Shown: positions 16,986-27,179, numbered from the stretch's first letter. The stretch is 32,000 bases of DNA from Desulfotalea psychrophila LSv54 (GCF_000025945.1 NC_006138.1:1620001-1652000); one strand, 5' to 3'. A program made the numbers and translations. Notes: a model not told the origin generated them from the sequence alone.

Positions 16986-19900
16986 AAGAGGGGCTCTCCT
17001 TTGGGTGTAATCCCATTACCAGGTAAGATAAAGGGGGAATTTTCTGGTGGCGTACCCATTATCCAAGAAGTTGCCCTATTGCCATCCTGGTCGAAACTAT
17101 CCTGATTGAGTAGGTTGAGGTCGCCGGCATTCAGGGGCAGAATTATGTGGAAGATTTCCGCTGGAAGATTATAGGCCTGACCTTCTGTGTTCTCCTCGCA
17201 ACCGGTGCTGATGCTATCTCCTGTCATGCAGTTCAGGGCCCACATTCTGGTCCGTCCACCAAAGGAGCATATATCATCTGTCGGTTGGGTGGTGGTGAAA
17301 AAGGTGATATTTAAATTGCTTACTGTGGGGTCGGTGAGAACACGTTCCTTCATGTAGATGGTGTCAGGGTCGTCTGCATCGGCGCCATATTCTGCCAGAC
17401 CCTTATCCAGCCTCCATGCATAGTTGCTGTTGCGTTTGGCATCGGAGACATCACAGGTCCCACTGGTGTTGTGGATTGAGTTGATGCCGACACTTTTTAG
17501 GCAATCCTCACCCTTAGCTAGATTATCCCTACACTCTTGGAGGTTAACGCCATAGAGGTTATTGGTCTTGCCATCTGGGTCGTCCTTCTTGAAAAACCAT
17601 TTGCCCGTACCGAAATAGACAAAGGGGTCATCAAAGCAGGTGCCGAAGGCAACTGCGCTGGTAACCGGTTGGCTGGAGTTGAGGATGTTCTTTTCCGTCC
17701 ATTTTTTTACTGCCTGATCGGTGGGGGCAATAGCCCGGAGCTGGCCTTGTGCACCATTTTTTTCATTGACCCCATAAAGGATAAGGTCGGTGTAGCCATC
17801 ACTGTCGATATCCATGCCGTTGTTGTAAAGCCTGCCGCCGAAAGAATTTTTTTGCACGTTTTTGGGTGCTATTGTATTAACCGCGGTTTTTTTGAAATCA
17901 TCATCAAGGGTGAGGATGAAGACCTTTAAATTCTGCTGTACTTGGCCCTGGTAGTCTGTGGGGCCGGAGACAAAGACTACGTATTTTTGTTTGAGGCTGT
18001 TGCCAGCTTTTTGTTTTCTGCTGATAACAGCGGGGCCGGAGTAGGCAAAACCAAGATCTGGATCGGTGAATTCCCAGAGGAATTTGGGGGCATAGGGATC
18101 GGTGATATTAAGAGCAAAGTATGAGGACAGGCCTTTGCCGGCAGTTTCAGGCGAGATAGCCTTATCACCTGTAGAGCCCGTTGCCCCGCCAAAACGCATT
18201 CCCATGATAAGAATTGTCTTGTCCCCGTGCTGGACGAAGTAGGGTGCGCCGTCAATCGCATAGAGATGCTGATAGTCCGGGTCGGCAAGGTATTTCAGAT
18301 AGGGCATGCTGTTTTTGGGGATGAAAGACCAGACCTCTTTACCTACGAGGTTGTTGCCGTCGTCGCCTTTTTTATTAATAAGCGTAGCCACTTGATCACC
18401 GCTAAGGCCCCCCCTCTCTATCTTGCCCCCGTTAAAGACATGGAGCATACCGTCGTTGGCCCCGGTGAAGATCAGGGAGTTGTCCCCGTAGTTAAGAACC
18501 TTGGGGGTTGAATGGATAATATCGCCCAGCTTCCATCTGTTTTTTCCACCGGTGGTGTCAGCGTCTGTTGCCCTGGATCTGCACTCTCCTCCGCCATTGG
18601 TAGTGAAATCATCTCCTGCCCCACGGGTATAGGAGATAGTGTTTACCGCCCTCTCTGCAGCTGTTCCACCAAGGCAGGGATCAAAGCCGCTGCCTCCAAA
18701 AAGAGAGTCGAAGCTGTTGACATTATCTGTGGTGAACTCTTGTATACTGTCCGTTTCATCTACTCCCCATATGACCCGTCTCGCTGTGTCAAGACCTGGG
18801 GCTGGATCAGCGATGAGGTCAGGGGCAGACTCAACCTCTCGATCGTTTAACATTTGTCCGCCATCCCATATCTTGGCAATATCTCCGATTTTGGCATGAT
18901 CGCCTAAGCGGGCTCCCTTACTTCCATCGGCCTCTACCGCATAGTAGGGGATGGAGAGTCCCCCTGTATTGGGATTTGGCACAATTTCAATAATATGGTC
19001 TGTAAATTTATTGCGAAAAAACCTGTCCACATTGTCTTCCTGCATATAGGCAATATCGTTTTGGCTGGAGTACCAGTAGGTATGGAGTATACCTGTCCAG
19101 TTTACTTGGTACTTCTTGTTATCTTGGAACTCTTTAGTGGGGAAAAAGAGGCTCTGGTTGAGGGTACCCCCTGTAGATTTATTTCCTGAGAGAATAGATA
19201 CGCCTGTGCCCGATGCGGTCTTGTCGAGGATGCTGTTGATGGTTCCCTTCAGAACATCTTTGAGCTGTTGCCCATCCTCTGCTAGAGAATAGGTCCCTTG
19301 GCCATGGGCGGCGGTATCCTGGAGGAGTCTCTCTTCGGCGGAGTTTGCAGAAATTCCGAAGCCCACGGTATAGGTGGTAAGATACTGCTCTCCCTTAAGA
19401 TCATCGCGGAGATCCCGACTGTTAGAGAGTGCTTCAGTCAGGGCCTGCCCCTTTCTGTTAAGGTTGGCCCAGAGGGCCAGATCATCGAGGTTATTTTTGT
19501 AACTATTATCGGTGTTCCTCGTATTAATGCCCTCGCCTGTTACGATGTTCCCATCGTAGTCGTTTGTGTAGTTGCTTCCGTCACTATATGCTGAAGCCGC
19601 CTGGGAGGCGCTTGATTCGTTAAATTCCTCGTCATTAAAAGGTGGCACGTAGCTATCGGTATATGAACCCCCATCGGTGAAGATAATAACAGATGAGTTA
19701 GCGCAACGTATCATGGCGTCCAGTTCTTTGAAATAGTAGGGGTCCCAGGCTTTTTCTGTTAAAAAGCTTGCCACGTCTCCTGCGCTGTTGACGCTGGAGT
19801 TGTAATAGGGGCCTTTTTGCTGGAAATAACGAATGACCTCATAGAAATTTTCAGCAAGGGGGGTTGTTCCCCAGATCAGTGGATAGTGTTCGACTGCATC

Positions 19901-21730
19901 CACCAGAATTTCTATGTCTGAATCTATGGGGGTATCGATTGTGCGAAAGTTGGTGTCTGAACTTTTTTTGACAAAGGGGTTGGTCGGGATGCGCAGGCGC
20001 ATGGTTCCACCGTGCCACCATGAATTGTATATATTGTTGGTGGTGAGATTGTACTTGTAGTAACTGAGGCCCTGACGGACATCATCCTTTATATCGTGAA
20101 GGAGTCCTTTGGGTACCTGATCTGTCAATAGGGCAATATTATAGTTTGTTCTTGGGGAGAGGGCGAGGTAGCCGACAGCCTCTGTTGTATGGCGAACCTC
20201 CGTATCATTTGAACCCTCTTCCTGCAGGGAGATTTGCACTGAATCCTGCTCTAAATTACTAAAGGCTACGGCCACTGTATCGGGCCCGTTAAAGGTTAAG
20301 GCTGTGGCTAGAAAGGCACTGGTGGCTTTGCTCGTGGCAAAAGTTATAGAGGCGCTGTTGGAAAGACTCTGGGTGCCCACTTCTAGAACTGTATCCGTGA
20401 AGTTATATTGTCCTTTCTCCAGGGCCACATAGTCCACTGTTTCGGTTGCATGAGTTCGGCGGCTCGCCTTCCATTCTAATTCTTCCTCCTGCAAAATGAT
20501 ATCAAAGTCGGCTGTTGATATATCGTTAAGGCGGGTGGTGACGGTTTGATGGTCTGTGTCTGAGGTGATTGCGGTGATTACTACGGGAGTCGAAGAAAAA
20601 TCACCTGAAGCCAGAGACACATTTTTCCACGCGGAGCGACTGTTTACATAGCTTGTGTTGATTTTTGTGCTTCCTGCCATAATTTTTCCCCCGCCAAGCA
20701 GGGTGTGCGTCCCTGCCTCGATGACCAGGTAGGAGGCATTTCGTTGAGGCAGGGTTCCGTTGAGATACTCCCACTGCTCTGCCCGTATTTTAAAAGAAGA
20801 ATTTTTGATCTCCTTTATTCTGATTACCGCAGGGCGATTAGCGGTTGAATCGAGGGGGCCGGCAACAATAACGGGATTGCTATAATTTTTGCTCAGGGTG
20901 ATTTTTTTCCATGTCTCATCAAGGTCCTCAATGGAGCTAAATTCACCAATGATATCACCAATGTTATCGGTGATGGTCTTGGAGTATTTTGTGCTTATTC
21001 CCGTTGCCGTCATCTTTGCATAGGGGTCGTAGGTAGTTTTACTTGAACCGCCATAGGCAGGGCTGTTGACTCTTATGGGGCTTCCCGCAGAAAGTGGGCT
21101 GTAGTCAATTGAATTTGCTGGGGCATTTCGGCAAATTTCTCTGTCAATTGGCTCATTGTTTCCCACAATTTTCCAGTATAGGGTTGAATTGCCTGTTATG
21201 TTTAGATATGGGTAGCTGCTTCTGCTCTCTGTCTTGCCTCCAACGAGAACCTTTCTGGCTGCATCCATACGTCTGGTGACGATCCAGTTGAGAAAGTTCC
21301 CGCTCCAGCAGTTTTTGTCTGTTTGAGAGGAACATGTGCTTGGTACAAAGGCTCCCGTGGCTGATAGGGCAACGGCTACATCGTAGGGAGTGCCATTAAA
21401 TCCATCTGGGTTTATGCTAACCTTGGGGTCGTAATTGTAATTTGCCGTACTTTCAAAAATACCGTAATACTCTTTTGTACTGTCATAGTCTGACGGGAAT
21501 GATTTGCAGTTCCAGCCACTCTGGCTATACATTGGTTGCTTCATGCTCCCTGAATTATCGAGCATGAATAGGATGTTAGGCTTGACTTTGTTGGCTATGG
21601 ATGGTGGGTATGCTGTATAGGCGGCTCCCTCGCATGTACCTGCACTTGCCACTAAGGGCCCTGTGAGAATAAGGAGAGGTAGGAGGAGAAAAAGCGGGAG
21701 ATTTATTTTGTTATTCGGGATCTGTTTCAT
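16970..21730 (-). CDS. pilY1: very large PilY1-like tip adhesin with an N-terminal vWA domain carrying a ~450-aa insert
   Basis: Signal peptide from ATG 21730 (MKQIPNNKINLPLFLLLPLLILTGPLVASA). vWA elements are the MIDAS loop LFMLDNSGSM, TTPLAENFYEVIRYF and VIIFTDGGS. PilY1 hallmarks are LGDIIHSTPKVL and FTGANDGMLHVFNG. The Ca-type loop is DIDSDGYTD (17786-17812). The track start 21892 adds 54 residues that precede the signal peptide and are probably not coding. Confidence 0.85.
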   Translation of the reverse strand: MKQIPNNKINLPLFLLLPLLILTGPLVASAGTCEGAAYTAYPPSIANKVKPNILFMLDNSGSMKQPMYSQSGWNCKSFPSDYDSTKEYYGIFESTANYNYDPKVSINPDGFNGTPYDVAVALSATGAFVPSTCSSQTDKNCWSGNFLNWIVTRRMDAARKVLVGGKTESRSSYPYLNITGNSTLYWKIVGNNEPIDREICRNAPANSIDYSPLSAGSPIRVNSPAYGGSSKTTYDPYAKMTATGISTKYSKTITDNIGDIIGEFSSIEDLDETWKKITLSKNYSNPVIVAGPLDSTANRPAVIRIKEIKNSSFKIRAEQWEYLNGTLPQRNASYLVIEAGTHTLLGGGKIMAGSTKINTSYVNSRSAWKNVSLASGDFSSTPVVITAITSDTDHQTVTTRLNDISTADFDIILQEEELEWKASRRTHATETVDYVALEKGQYNFTDTVLEVGTQSLSNSASITFATSKATSAFLATALTFNGPDTVAVAFSNLEQDSVQISLQEEGSNDTEVRHTTEAVGYLALSPRTNYNIALLTDQVPKGLLHDIKDDVRQGLSYYKYNLTTNNIYNSWWHGGTMRLRIPTNPFVKKSSDTNFRTIDTPIDSDIEILVDAVEHYPLIWGTTPLAENFYEVIRYFQQKGPYYNSSVNSAGDVASFLTEKAWDPYYFKELDAMIRCANSSVIIFTDGGSYTDSYVPPFNDEEFNESSASQAASAYSDGSNYTNDYDGNIVTGEGINTRNTDNSYKNNLDDLALWANLNRKGQALTEALSNSRDLRDDLKGEQYLTTYTVGFGISANSAEERLLQDTAAHGQGTYSLAEDGQQLKDVLKGTINSILDKTASGTGVSILSGNKSTGGTLNQSLFFPTKEFQDNKKYQVNWTGILHTYWYSSQNDIAYMQEDNVDRFFRNKFTDHIIEIVPNPNTGGLSIPYYAVEADGSKGARLGDHAKIGDIAKIWDGGQMLNDREVESAPDLIADPAPGLDTARRVIWGVDETDSIQEFTTDNVNSFDSLFGGSGFDPCLGGTAAERAVNTISYTRGAGDDFTTNGGGECRSRATDADTTGGKNRWKLGDIIHSTPKVLNYGDNSLIFTGANDGMLHVFNGGKIERGGLSGDQVATLINKKGDDGNNLVGKEVWSFIPKNSMPYLKYLADPDYQHLYAIDGAPYFVQHGDKTILIMGMRFGGATGSTGDKAISPETAGKGLSSYFALNITDPYAPKFLWEFTDPDLGFAYSGPAVISRKQKAGNSLKQKYVVFVSGPTDYQGQVQQNLKVFILTLDDDFKKTAVNTIAPKNVQKNSFGGRLYNNGMDIDSDGYTDLILYGVNEKNGAQGQLRAIAPTDQAVKKWTEKNILNSSQPVTSAVAFGTCFDDPFVYFGTGKWFFKKDDPDGKTNNLYGVNLQECRDNLAKGEDCLKSVGINSIHNTSGTCDVSDAKRNSNYAWRLDKGLAEYGADADDPDTIYMKERVLTDPTVSNLNITFFTTTQPTDDICSFGGRTRMWALNCMTGDSISTGCEENTEGQAYNLPAEIFHIILPLNAGDLNLLNQDSFDQDGNRATSWIMGTPPENSPFILPGNGITPKGEPLLWQER

Positions 21731-21989
21731 GTCTGTGCTCTTCTCCTGTTTTAACCGCAACAATGTCCTGTGCTGTTCAATTCGTCCATCAAGGGCCGAG
21801 AGTACCTTGCCTTTCTGGTACGCCGTTGTTTCTGGTAGGCGAAAATTAAATCCATGGTAAGTGCGCCTACCAGTATCCTTAATTGTAGCCAAAGTTTATC
21901 GGAGAGTACAATTTTTTATGCATCTGTGGCAGGAAGCTTTTGTGAGAGGTAGGTATGATCTGCTGCGTGTGGGGACTGTGGTGGTTGGG

Positions 21990-22015
21990 GAGTATAGGCT
22001 CTTCACTATACTCCT
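21990..22015 (-). terminator. 9-bp perfect hairpin downstream of copZ
   Basis: GGAGTATAG-gctcttca-CTATACTCC, 23 nt after the copZ stop, with no U-run. Confidence 0.3.
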
Positions 22016-22037
22016 CCTGTTCTGATAGTGGGTGAAA

Positions 22038-22229
22038 CTATTTTGTCTCGAAACCCTGCTCTTCAATAAGTCGGCAGGCATCTTCCCGCTTGATATCACC
22101 TGTAATTCTTGCCTCGCCTGCCTGCAGATCCACCTCTACCTCTGCTGGCCCCTTAAGTCCTGCGAGGGCCTCTTTGACACTTGCCACACAGTGGGCACAG
22201 CTCATGCCTTCTATTTTTATTGTTATCAT
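22038..22229 (-). CDS. copZ: heavy-metal-associated (HMA) copper chaperone
   Basis: 63 aa with the GMSCAHC metal-binding motif in a ferredoxin-like HMA layout. Divergent from copA. Confidence 0.9.
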   Translation of the reverse strand: MITIKIEGMSCAHCVASVKEALAGLKGPAEVEVDLQAGEARITGDIKREDACRLIEEQGFETK

Positions 22230-22323
22230 TGAGCGATCTCCTGTTTTAGGTTATTCTAACATCTGAGGTTTAAATCCACTATATTTTTACCAAAAAAATA
22301 AGAAGGGTGAAAGGGGTTATACT

Positions 22324-24774
22324 GTGGCAAAATATTCAATTGTTGGAATGCACTGTGCTGCCTGTTCGTCCCGTATTGAGAGGGCGTTAGCAAAAGTTGA
22401 GGGCGTTTGTCGAGCAGAGGTGAATCTTGCCGATGAATCCGTGGAGCTGGAGTTTGATGAGCGTATCTCTATAAAGGATATTGGTGACCGGCTTAAGGGT
22501 CTTGGCTTTGAGCTTGTTATTCCCTCGTCTGTGGTGGGCAAGGACTATCAGTTTAGAATAACAGGGATGCACTGTGCCGCCTGTTCGTCTCGAATAGAGC
22601 GAGTTCTGGCCCAGACCCCGGGGGTGTTGGCCGTTGAGGTCAATCTGCCCGCCGAAACAGCCCATATTCAGGCGACCACCTCTGTGCGCAGGATAAAGGC
22701 CGCTGTTGCCAAACTCGGTTTTGGGGCAGAGCTTGTCAGTGATTTGGTGGCAGAGGATCAGCTCCGGCAGGAGAGAGGGCGAAAGGCCTTGGCAGATCAA
22801 AAGCACTCTCTGCTTTTGATGATTTTCTTTGCCCTCCCCCTCCTCTATGTCACCATGGGTGAGATGATTGGTCTGCCCCTGCCGCTAGCCCTTGCTCCGG
22901 AACACTCACCTGCCATCTATGCCTCTTTGCAGTTCTTCCTGGCTTTGCCCATTGTCTATCTGGGTCGCAGGTTTTACCTGCGGGGAATTCCCGCTCTCCT
23001 TCGGGGTGGGCCCAATATGGACTCTCTTATTGCCATTGGTACCGGGGCTGCCTTTATCTACTCCTGTGCAAATCTGCTGGGTATTCTGTTGGGTCAGGAT
23101 GCCCAGGTGCGGGTGATGGATCTTTACTTTGAGTCCGGTGCTGTCCTTCTTACCCTTGTCTCTTTAGGAAAATTTTTGGAGGCGGGGGCAAAGTATAAGA
23201 CAGGTGGGGCCATCAACGCCCTGATAAAGCTTACCCCGAAAACGGCAAGGCTTATCGATAGCGATGGCAGTCATCAGGAAATTGCTCTGGAAGAGATAGA
23301 GGTGGGAGACCTTCTTTTGGTCCGGCCCGGCGAGCGTCTGCCCGTTGACGGCAGGGTGGTCTCGGGGGCAGGCAGTGTTGATGAATCCATGCTGACTGGC
23401 GAGAGTATGTCCGTTACCAAGAGGGAGGGCGATCCTGTTTTTGGTGGGACTCTTAATGCCACCGGCGCCCTGCAGATAGAGACGGAGCAGACAGGTGCAG
23501 GCACGGTACTTGCCGGAATTATAGCGATGGTGCAGCGTGCCCAGGGGTCAAAACCTCCCATTGCCGCCCTTGCCGATAAGATCAGTCTCTACTTTGTCCC
23601 GGCAGTTCTTGTTATTGCCTTTATTACTGCTGGCCTGTGGTTTTTTGTCGGAGCCGTTCCCCTGCACGAGGCCCTGCGTTATTTTATTGCCGTGCTTGTT
23701 ATTGCCTGTCCCTGTGCCATGGGTCTTGCCACTCCCACCTCTATTATGGTGGGTACAGGTCGTGGGGCCCAACTCGGTGTACTTATTCGAAACGGTGAGG
23801 CCCTGCAGCGGGCAGAAAAAGTTGATCTTGTCGCCTTTGATAAGACAGGGACCATAACCTATGGCAGGCAGAGGTTGGTCAAAATTATTAATCGCAGTTC
23901 AATGCCTGAACAGGAGATCCTCTCTCTGGCGGCCTCCATAGAGAAAAATTCAGAGCATTCACTGGCTCAGGCCATTGTTCTGGCGGCAGAGGAGGCCTCG
24001 GCGCCCCTTCTGCCCGTGCAGGATTTTCAGGCCGTTGTCGGGCATGGGGTAGAGGCTAGGGCGGGGGGATTATCTCTTCGCTTTGGTAATATTCAGTATA
24101 TGGAGGGAAGCGGGGTTACTGGTCTGCCTGAGGCCGAGGAGATGAATCGCTTTGCCTGTCTTGGTCAGACCGTTCTTTATTTCGCCATTGATGAAAGCCT
24201 GGCGGCCCTGTTTATTGTCGAGGATTCCCTGAGGGAGGAGGTTCCTGCCTTAATCAAGGACCTTACGAGGATGAAGGTCCTTTCGGTGATGCTCACCGGT
24301 GACCAGAAAATTACCGCTAAGGCCATTGCTGTACAGGCAGGAATTGGCAAGGTCGTGGCAGAGATTCTCCCCGATGAAAAGGCCGTGAGGGTGGAGCGCC
24401 TGCGCAAAAATGGTCACTGTGTAGCCATGGTGGGCGATGGCATAAACGATGCACCGGCCCTTGCCTCAGCAGATGTTGGTGTTGTTATGGGGGCCGGTAC
24501 CGACGTGGCCATAGAGGCGGCTGATATTGTTCTTATGGGTAATAGGATTGAACATATTGTCACAGCCATTGGTCTTTCCCGGGCGGTGATGCGAAATATA
24601 CGGCAAAATTTATTTTGGGCATTTATTTTTAATATAATAGGCATTCCCGTGGCGGCAGGTATTCTGGTTCCCTTTGGTGGACCGAGTCTGAATCCTATGC
24701 TTGCAGGTACTGCCATGGCCTTGAGCTCCGTTACCGTGGTTTCTAATGCCCTGCGTTTGCGTCGATATAAATAA
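22324..24774 (+). CDS. copA: copper-translocating P1B-type ATPase
   Basis: Two N-terminal HMA domains (GMHCAAC twice), plus TGES, the CPC motif ([11 protein letters not shown]), DKTGT and [11 protein letters not shown] start after the RBS gaaagggg. Confidence 0.95.
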   Translation: MAKYSIVGMHCAACSSRIERALAKVEGVCRAEVNLADESVELEFDERISIKDIGDRLKGLGFELVIPSSVVGKDYQFRITGMHCAACSSRIERVLAQTPGVLAVEVNLPAETAHIQATTSVRRIKAAVAKLGFGAELVSDLVAEDQLRQERGRKALADQKHSLLLMIFFALPLLYVTMGEMIGLPLPLALAPEHSPAIYASLQFFLALPIVYLGRRFYLRGIPALLRGGPNMDSLIAIGTGAAFIYSCANLLGILLGQDAQVRVMDLYFESGAVLLTLVSLGKFLEAGAKYKTGGAINALIKLTPKTARLIDSDGSHQEIALEEIEVGDLLLVRPGERLPVDGRVVSGAGSVDESMLTGESMSVTKREGDPVFGGTLNATGALQIETEQTGAGTVLAGIIAMVQRAQGSKPPIAALADKISLYFVPAVLVIAFITAGLWFFVGAVPLHEALRYFIAVLVIACPCAMGLATPTSIMVGTGRGAQLGVLIRNGEALQRAEKVDLVAFDKTGTITYGRQRLVKIINRSSMPEQEILSLAASIEKNSEHSLAQAIVLAAEEASAPLLPVQDFQAVVGHGVEARAGGLSLRFGNIQYMEGSGVTGLPEAEEMNRFACLGQTVLYFAIDESLAALFIVEDSLREEVPALIKDLTRMKVLSVMLTGDQKITAKAIAVQAGIGKVVAEILPDEKAVRVERLRKNGHCVAMVGDGINDAPALASADVGVVMGAGTDVAIEAADIVLMGNRIEHIVTAIGLSRAVMRNIRQNLFWAFIFNIIGIPVAAGILVPFGGPSLNPMLAGTAMALSSVTVVSNALRLRRYK

Positions 24775-24972
24775 AATTGTTAGGGAATATAAGTAAAAGG
24801 GATACAGACGGGACTAAAATAAATTTTGATGTTTTTTGCCTGGAATCAGACAGGGTGTTTAGTCTCGCAATAGCATTGGTATGCTCATAACAGCGTTTTT
24901 ATTCTTCTGCTCGGCCTTGGTTTTTTGGCAGAGCTTTCTTGGCCGGGCAGCTATCAAAGTATATATTTTTGC

Positions 24973-25000
24973 TTGACTTTTTTTCAACTAATTTTATACT
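24973..25000 (+). promoter_or_regulatory. candidate sigma70 promoter for sat
   Basis: TTGACT-16 nt-TATACT, about 130 nt upstream of the sat ATG. Confidence 0.45.
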
Positions 25001-25133
25001 CAATAATCATATCAAAGCAGTTACTTCAACGTTACATAGCTAGTTCCATTTTTAGTTCAGTACGCTCACGGGCCCGATGGCTTGGAGCGAGGTTTTATAT
25101 AAAATTATAAACTTTTAACTAAAGAGGTATTCT

Positions 25134-26411
25134 ATGTCTAAGTTAGTAGCACCACACGGCGGTAAAGGGTTGGTCTGTGCGCTTCTCGAAGGCGATGCTT
25201 TAGCAGCAGAGCTGAAGAAGGCAACAGGACTTAAACAGATTGAAATTTCTGACCGCGCCAAAGGCGATCTTATCATGATGGGTATCGGTGGATTCTCTCC
25301 ACTGACCGGTTTTATGACCAAAGCTGATTGGAAGGGAGTTTGTGAGAACCTTCAAATGGCTGATGGTACCTTCTGGCCTGTACCTATTACCCTTGATATC
25401 AGTGCAGCAGATGCAACAGATGTAGCCGTAGGCTCTGAGATTGCCCTGGTAAAAAATGGTACCACCTTTGCCACCATGTTGGTCGAAGAGAAGTACGAGA
25501 TGGCTGATGAAGATAAAAAGTGGGAATGTGAGAAAGTTTTCATGGGCGAAGGTGAAGAATCCGTAGATGGAAACTTCTGGAAGCTCGCTCCTGAAGATCA
25601 TCCTGGCGTTATCATGGTTCAGGCTCAAAAAGAGTTTAACCTTGCCGGTCCCGTTAAGGTTCTCTCCGAGGGAGAGTATCCTGCAGAGTATCCAGGTGTT
25701 TATCTTAAGCCTGCTGAAACCCGTGCCATGTTTGAAGAACGTGGTTGGGCAAATGTTGCGGCTCTTCAACTCCGTAATCCAATGCATCGTTCCCATGAAT
25801 ATCTTGCAAAAATTGCCGTAGAGGTATGTGATGGCGTACTTATTCACTCCTTGATTGGTAACCTTAAGCCAGGTGATATCCCTGCACCTACCCGGGTTAA
25901 GGCCATTGATATTCTTATCGAAAATTATTTTGTTAAAGAAAATGTAATCAATGCCGGTTATCCGCTTGATATGCGTTATGCAGGTCCTCGTGAGGGTCTT
26001 CTGCACGCAACCTTCCGTCAAAATTATGGTGTCAACAATATGTTGATTGGTCGTGATCATGCTGGAGTTGGTGATTTCTATGGTCTCTTTGAGGCTCAGC
26101 AGATTTTTGACCGTGTTCCTGTAACCGGTGATCCCGGCAAAGATCTTCTCTGTAAGCCAATGAAGATCGATTGGACCTTCTACTGCTACGAGTGTGACGG
26201 AATGGCCTCTCTTCGTACCTGTCCTCATAAGAAAGAGTCTCGTGTTATTCTTTCTGGTACCAAGCTTCGTAAGGCCCTCTCCGATGGTGCCGAGGTGGTA
26301 GATCATTTTGGCCGCGATAAGGTGCTTGTCTATCTTCGTGACTACTATGAGGGACTCACCGAGAAGGTTGAGGTGAAGATGCAAAAGGCCGCTTCCGGTA
26401 GCGCTATGTAG
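25134..26411 (+). CDS. sat: sulfate adenylyltransferase (ATP sulfurylase), dissimilatory type
   Basis: 425 aa with [13 protein letters not shown] and GRDHAGVG motifs and the N-terminus [10 protein letters not shown] typical of Sat from sulfate reducers. RBS aagagg. Confidence 0.95.
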   Translation: MSKLVAPHGGKGLVCALLEGDALAAELKKATGLKQIEISDRAKGDLIMMGIGGFSPLTGFMTKADWKGVCENLQMADGTFWPVPITLDISAADATDVAVGSEIALVKNGTTFATMLVEEKYEMADEDKKWECEKVFMGEGEESVDGNFWKLAPEDHPGVIMVQAQKEFNLAGPVKVLSEGEYPAEYPGVYLKPAETRAMFEERGWANVAALQLRNPMHRSHEYLAKIAVEVCDGVLIHSLIGNLKPGDIPAPTRVKAIDILIENYFVKENVINAGYPLDMRYAGPREGLLHATFRQNYGVNNMLIGRDHAGVGDFYGLFEAQQIFDRVPVTGDPGKDLLCKPMKIDWTFYCYECDGMASLRTCPHKKESRVILSGTKLRKALSDGAEVVDHFGRDKVLVYLRDYYEGLTEKVEVKMQKAASGSAM

Positions 26412-26437
26412 TAAGTTTTTTGTCTCTGCAGTTTTGA

Positions 26438-26471
26438 GGGGTACTGCCTTTTTGGTGGTACCCCTTTTTTT
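26438..26471 (+). terminator. rho-independent terminator of sat
   Basis: GGGGTAC-13 nt-GTACCCC followed by a T7 run. Confidence 0.7.
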
Positions 26472-26525
26472 ATGTTTGTTGTAGAAAGAATAGAAGAATA
26501 TTTTTAACAAACAGAGGAGAAGTCA

Positions 26526-27110
26526 ATGGCAGAGTTAACAGTGGGTTTAGGGGCACGTAGTTATCCTATTCGGATAGAGAGAGGTTGTCTTGACGGGGTT
26601 GGTGACAGCCTGGCCGAACTACAGGTGGGTAATCGTTATGCCATTATTGTCGATGATTATGTGGCTGGTCTCTATGGTGATCGGCTCTGTGCTTCGCTTA
26701 CCAGGGCAGGTATTCGCTTTCAGCTCTTCTCTTTTCCCCGTGGTGAAGAGAACAAAAATCTTACCACCTTTGCAGACCTTGCCTCTCGTCTTGCCCGCGC
26801 TCGCTTTGATCGTCATGATGCAATCATAGCCCTTGGTGGTGGGGTGACAGGAGATCTGGCAGGTTATCTTGCTGCATCTTATATGCGTGGCATTCCCTTT
26901 GTGCAGGTGCCGACTACCCTGCTCTCTCAGGTGGATAGTTCCGTTGGCGGAAAAACTGGGGTAGACATTCCCGAGGGCAAGAATTTGGTTGGTGCCTTTT
27001 ATCAGCCCAAGGCCGTCTTTATTGATCCTCAGGTGCTTGAAACCCTGGCCCATGAGGAGTTGCTTGGTGGTCTTGCCGAGGTGATTAAGTATGGTGTTAT
27101 TTGGGATTGA
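26526..27110 (+). CDS. aroB: 3-dehydroquinate synthase, N-terminal 194 codons, ending at an in-frame TGA (fragment 1 of 2)
   Basis: GGGVTGDLAGY, VPTTLLSQVDSSVGGKTG and LAEVIKYGVIWD match AroB. The TGA is at 27108-27110. Confidence 0.85.
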   Translation: MAELTVGLGARSYPIRIERGCLDGVGDSLAELQVGNRYAIIVDDYVAGLYGDRLCASLTRAGIRFQLFSFPRGEENKNLTTFADLASRLARARFDRHDAIIALGGGVTGDLAGYLAASYMRGIPFVQVPTTLLSQVDSSVGGKTGVDIPEGKNLVGAFYQPKAVFIDPQVLETLAHEELLGGLAEVIKYGVIWD

Positions 27111-27179
27111 ACGTTCTTTCATTTTCTGGAGGAGAGCAGGGAGCAGATTCTTGCCCTTGATCCCGAAACAGTAGAGAAG

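Noticed and set aside
21731-21892. 54-codon N-terminal extension of the large PilY1 ORF (MATIKDTGRR...)
   Set aside because: The extension precedes a canonical signal peptide that starts at Met 21730, so a secreted adhesin is better explained by the internal start.
22230-22323. CueR/CsoR-type operator in the copZ-copA divergent region
   Set aside because: There is no convincing dyad, only a 4-bp TTAG/CTAA pairing, and no regulator gene in the window.
22387-24716. Multiple 74-139-aa antisense or alternative-frame ORFs inside copA
   Set aside because: The copA frame carries all the P1B-ATPase motifs, so these are GC-skewed shadow ORFs.
25200-26510. 436-aa ORF antisense to sat
   Set aside because: It exactly shadows the strongly supported sat gene. 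The translation is low-complexity (runs of K, L, T, I) with no recognisable motif. Long antisense ORFs are common opposite highly codon-biased genes.
27111-27170. SECIS element downstream of the aroB in-frame TGA
   Set aside because: I could find only a 4-bp AGGG/CCCU pairing, with no stable stem-loop at the expected distance carrying a G-U apical loop.
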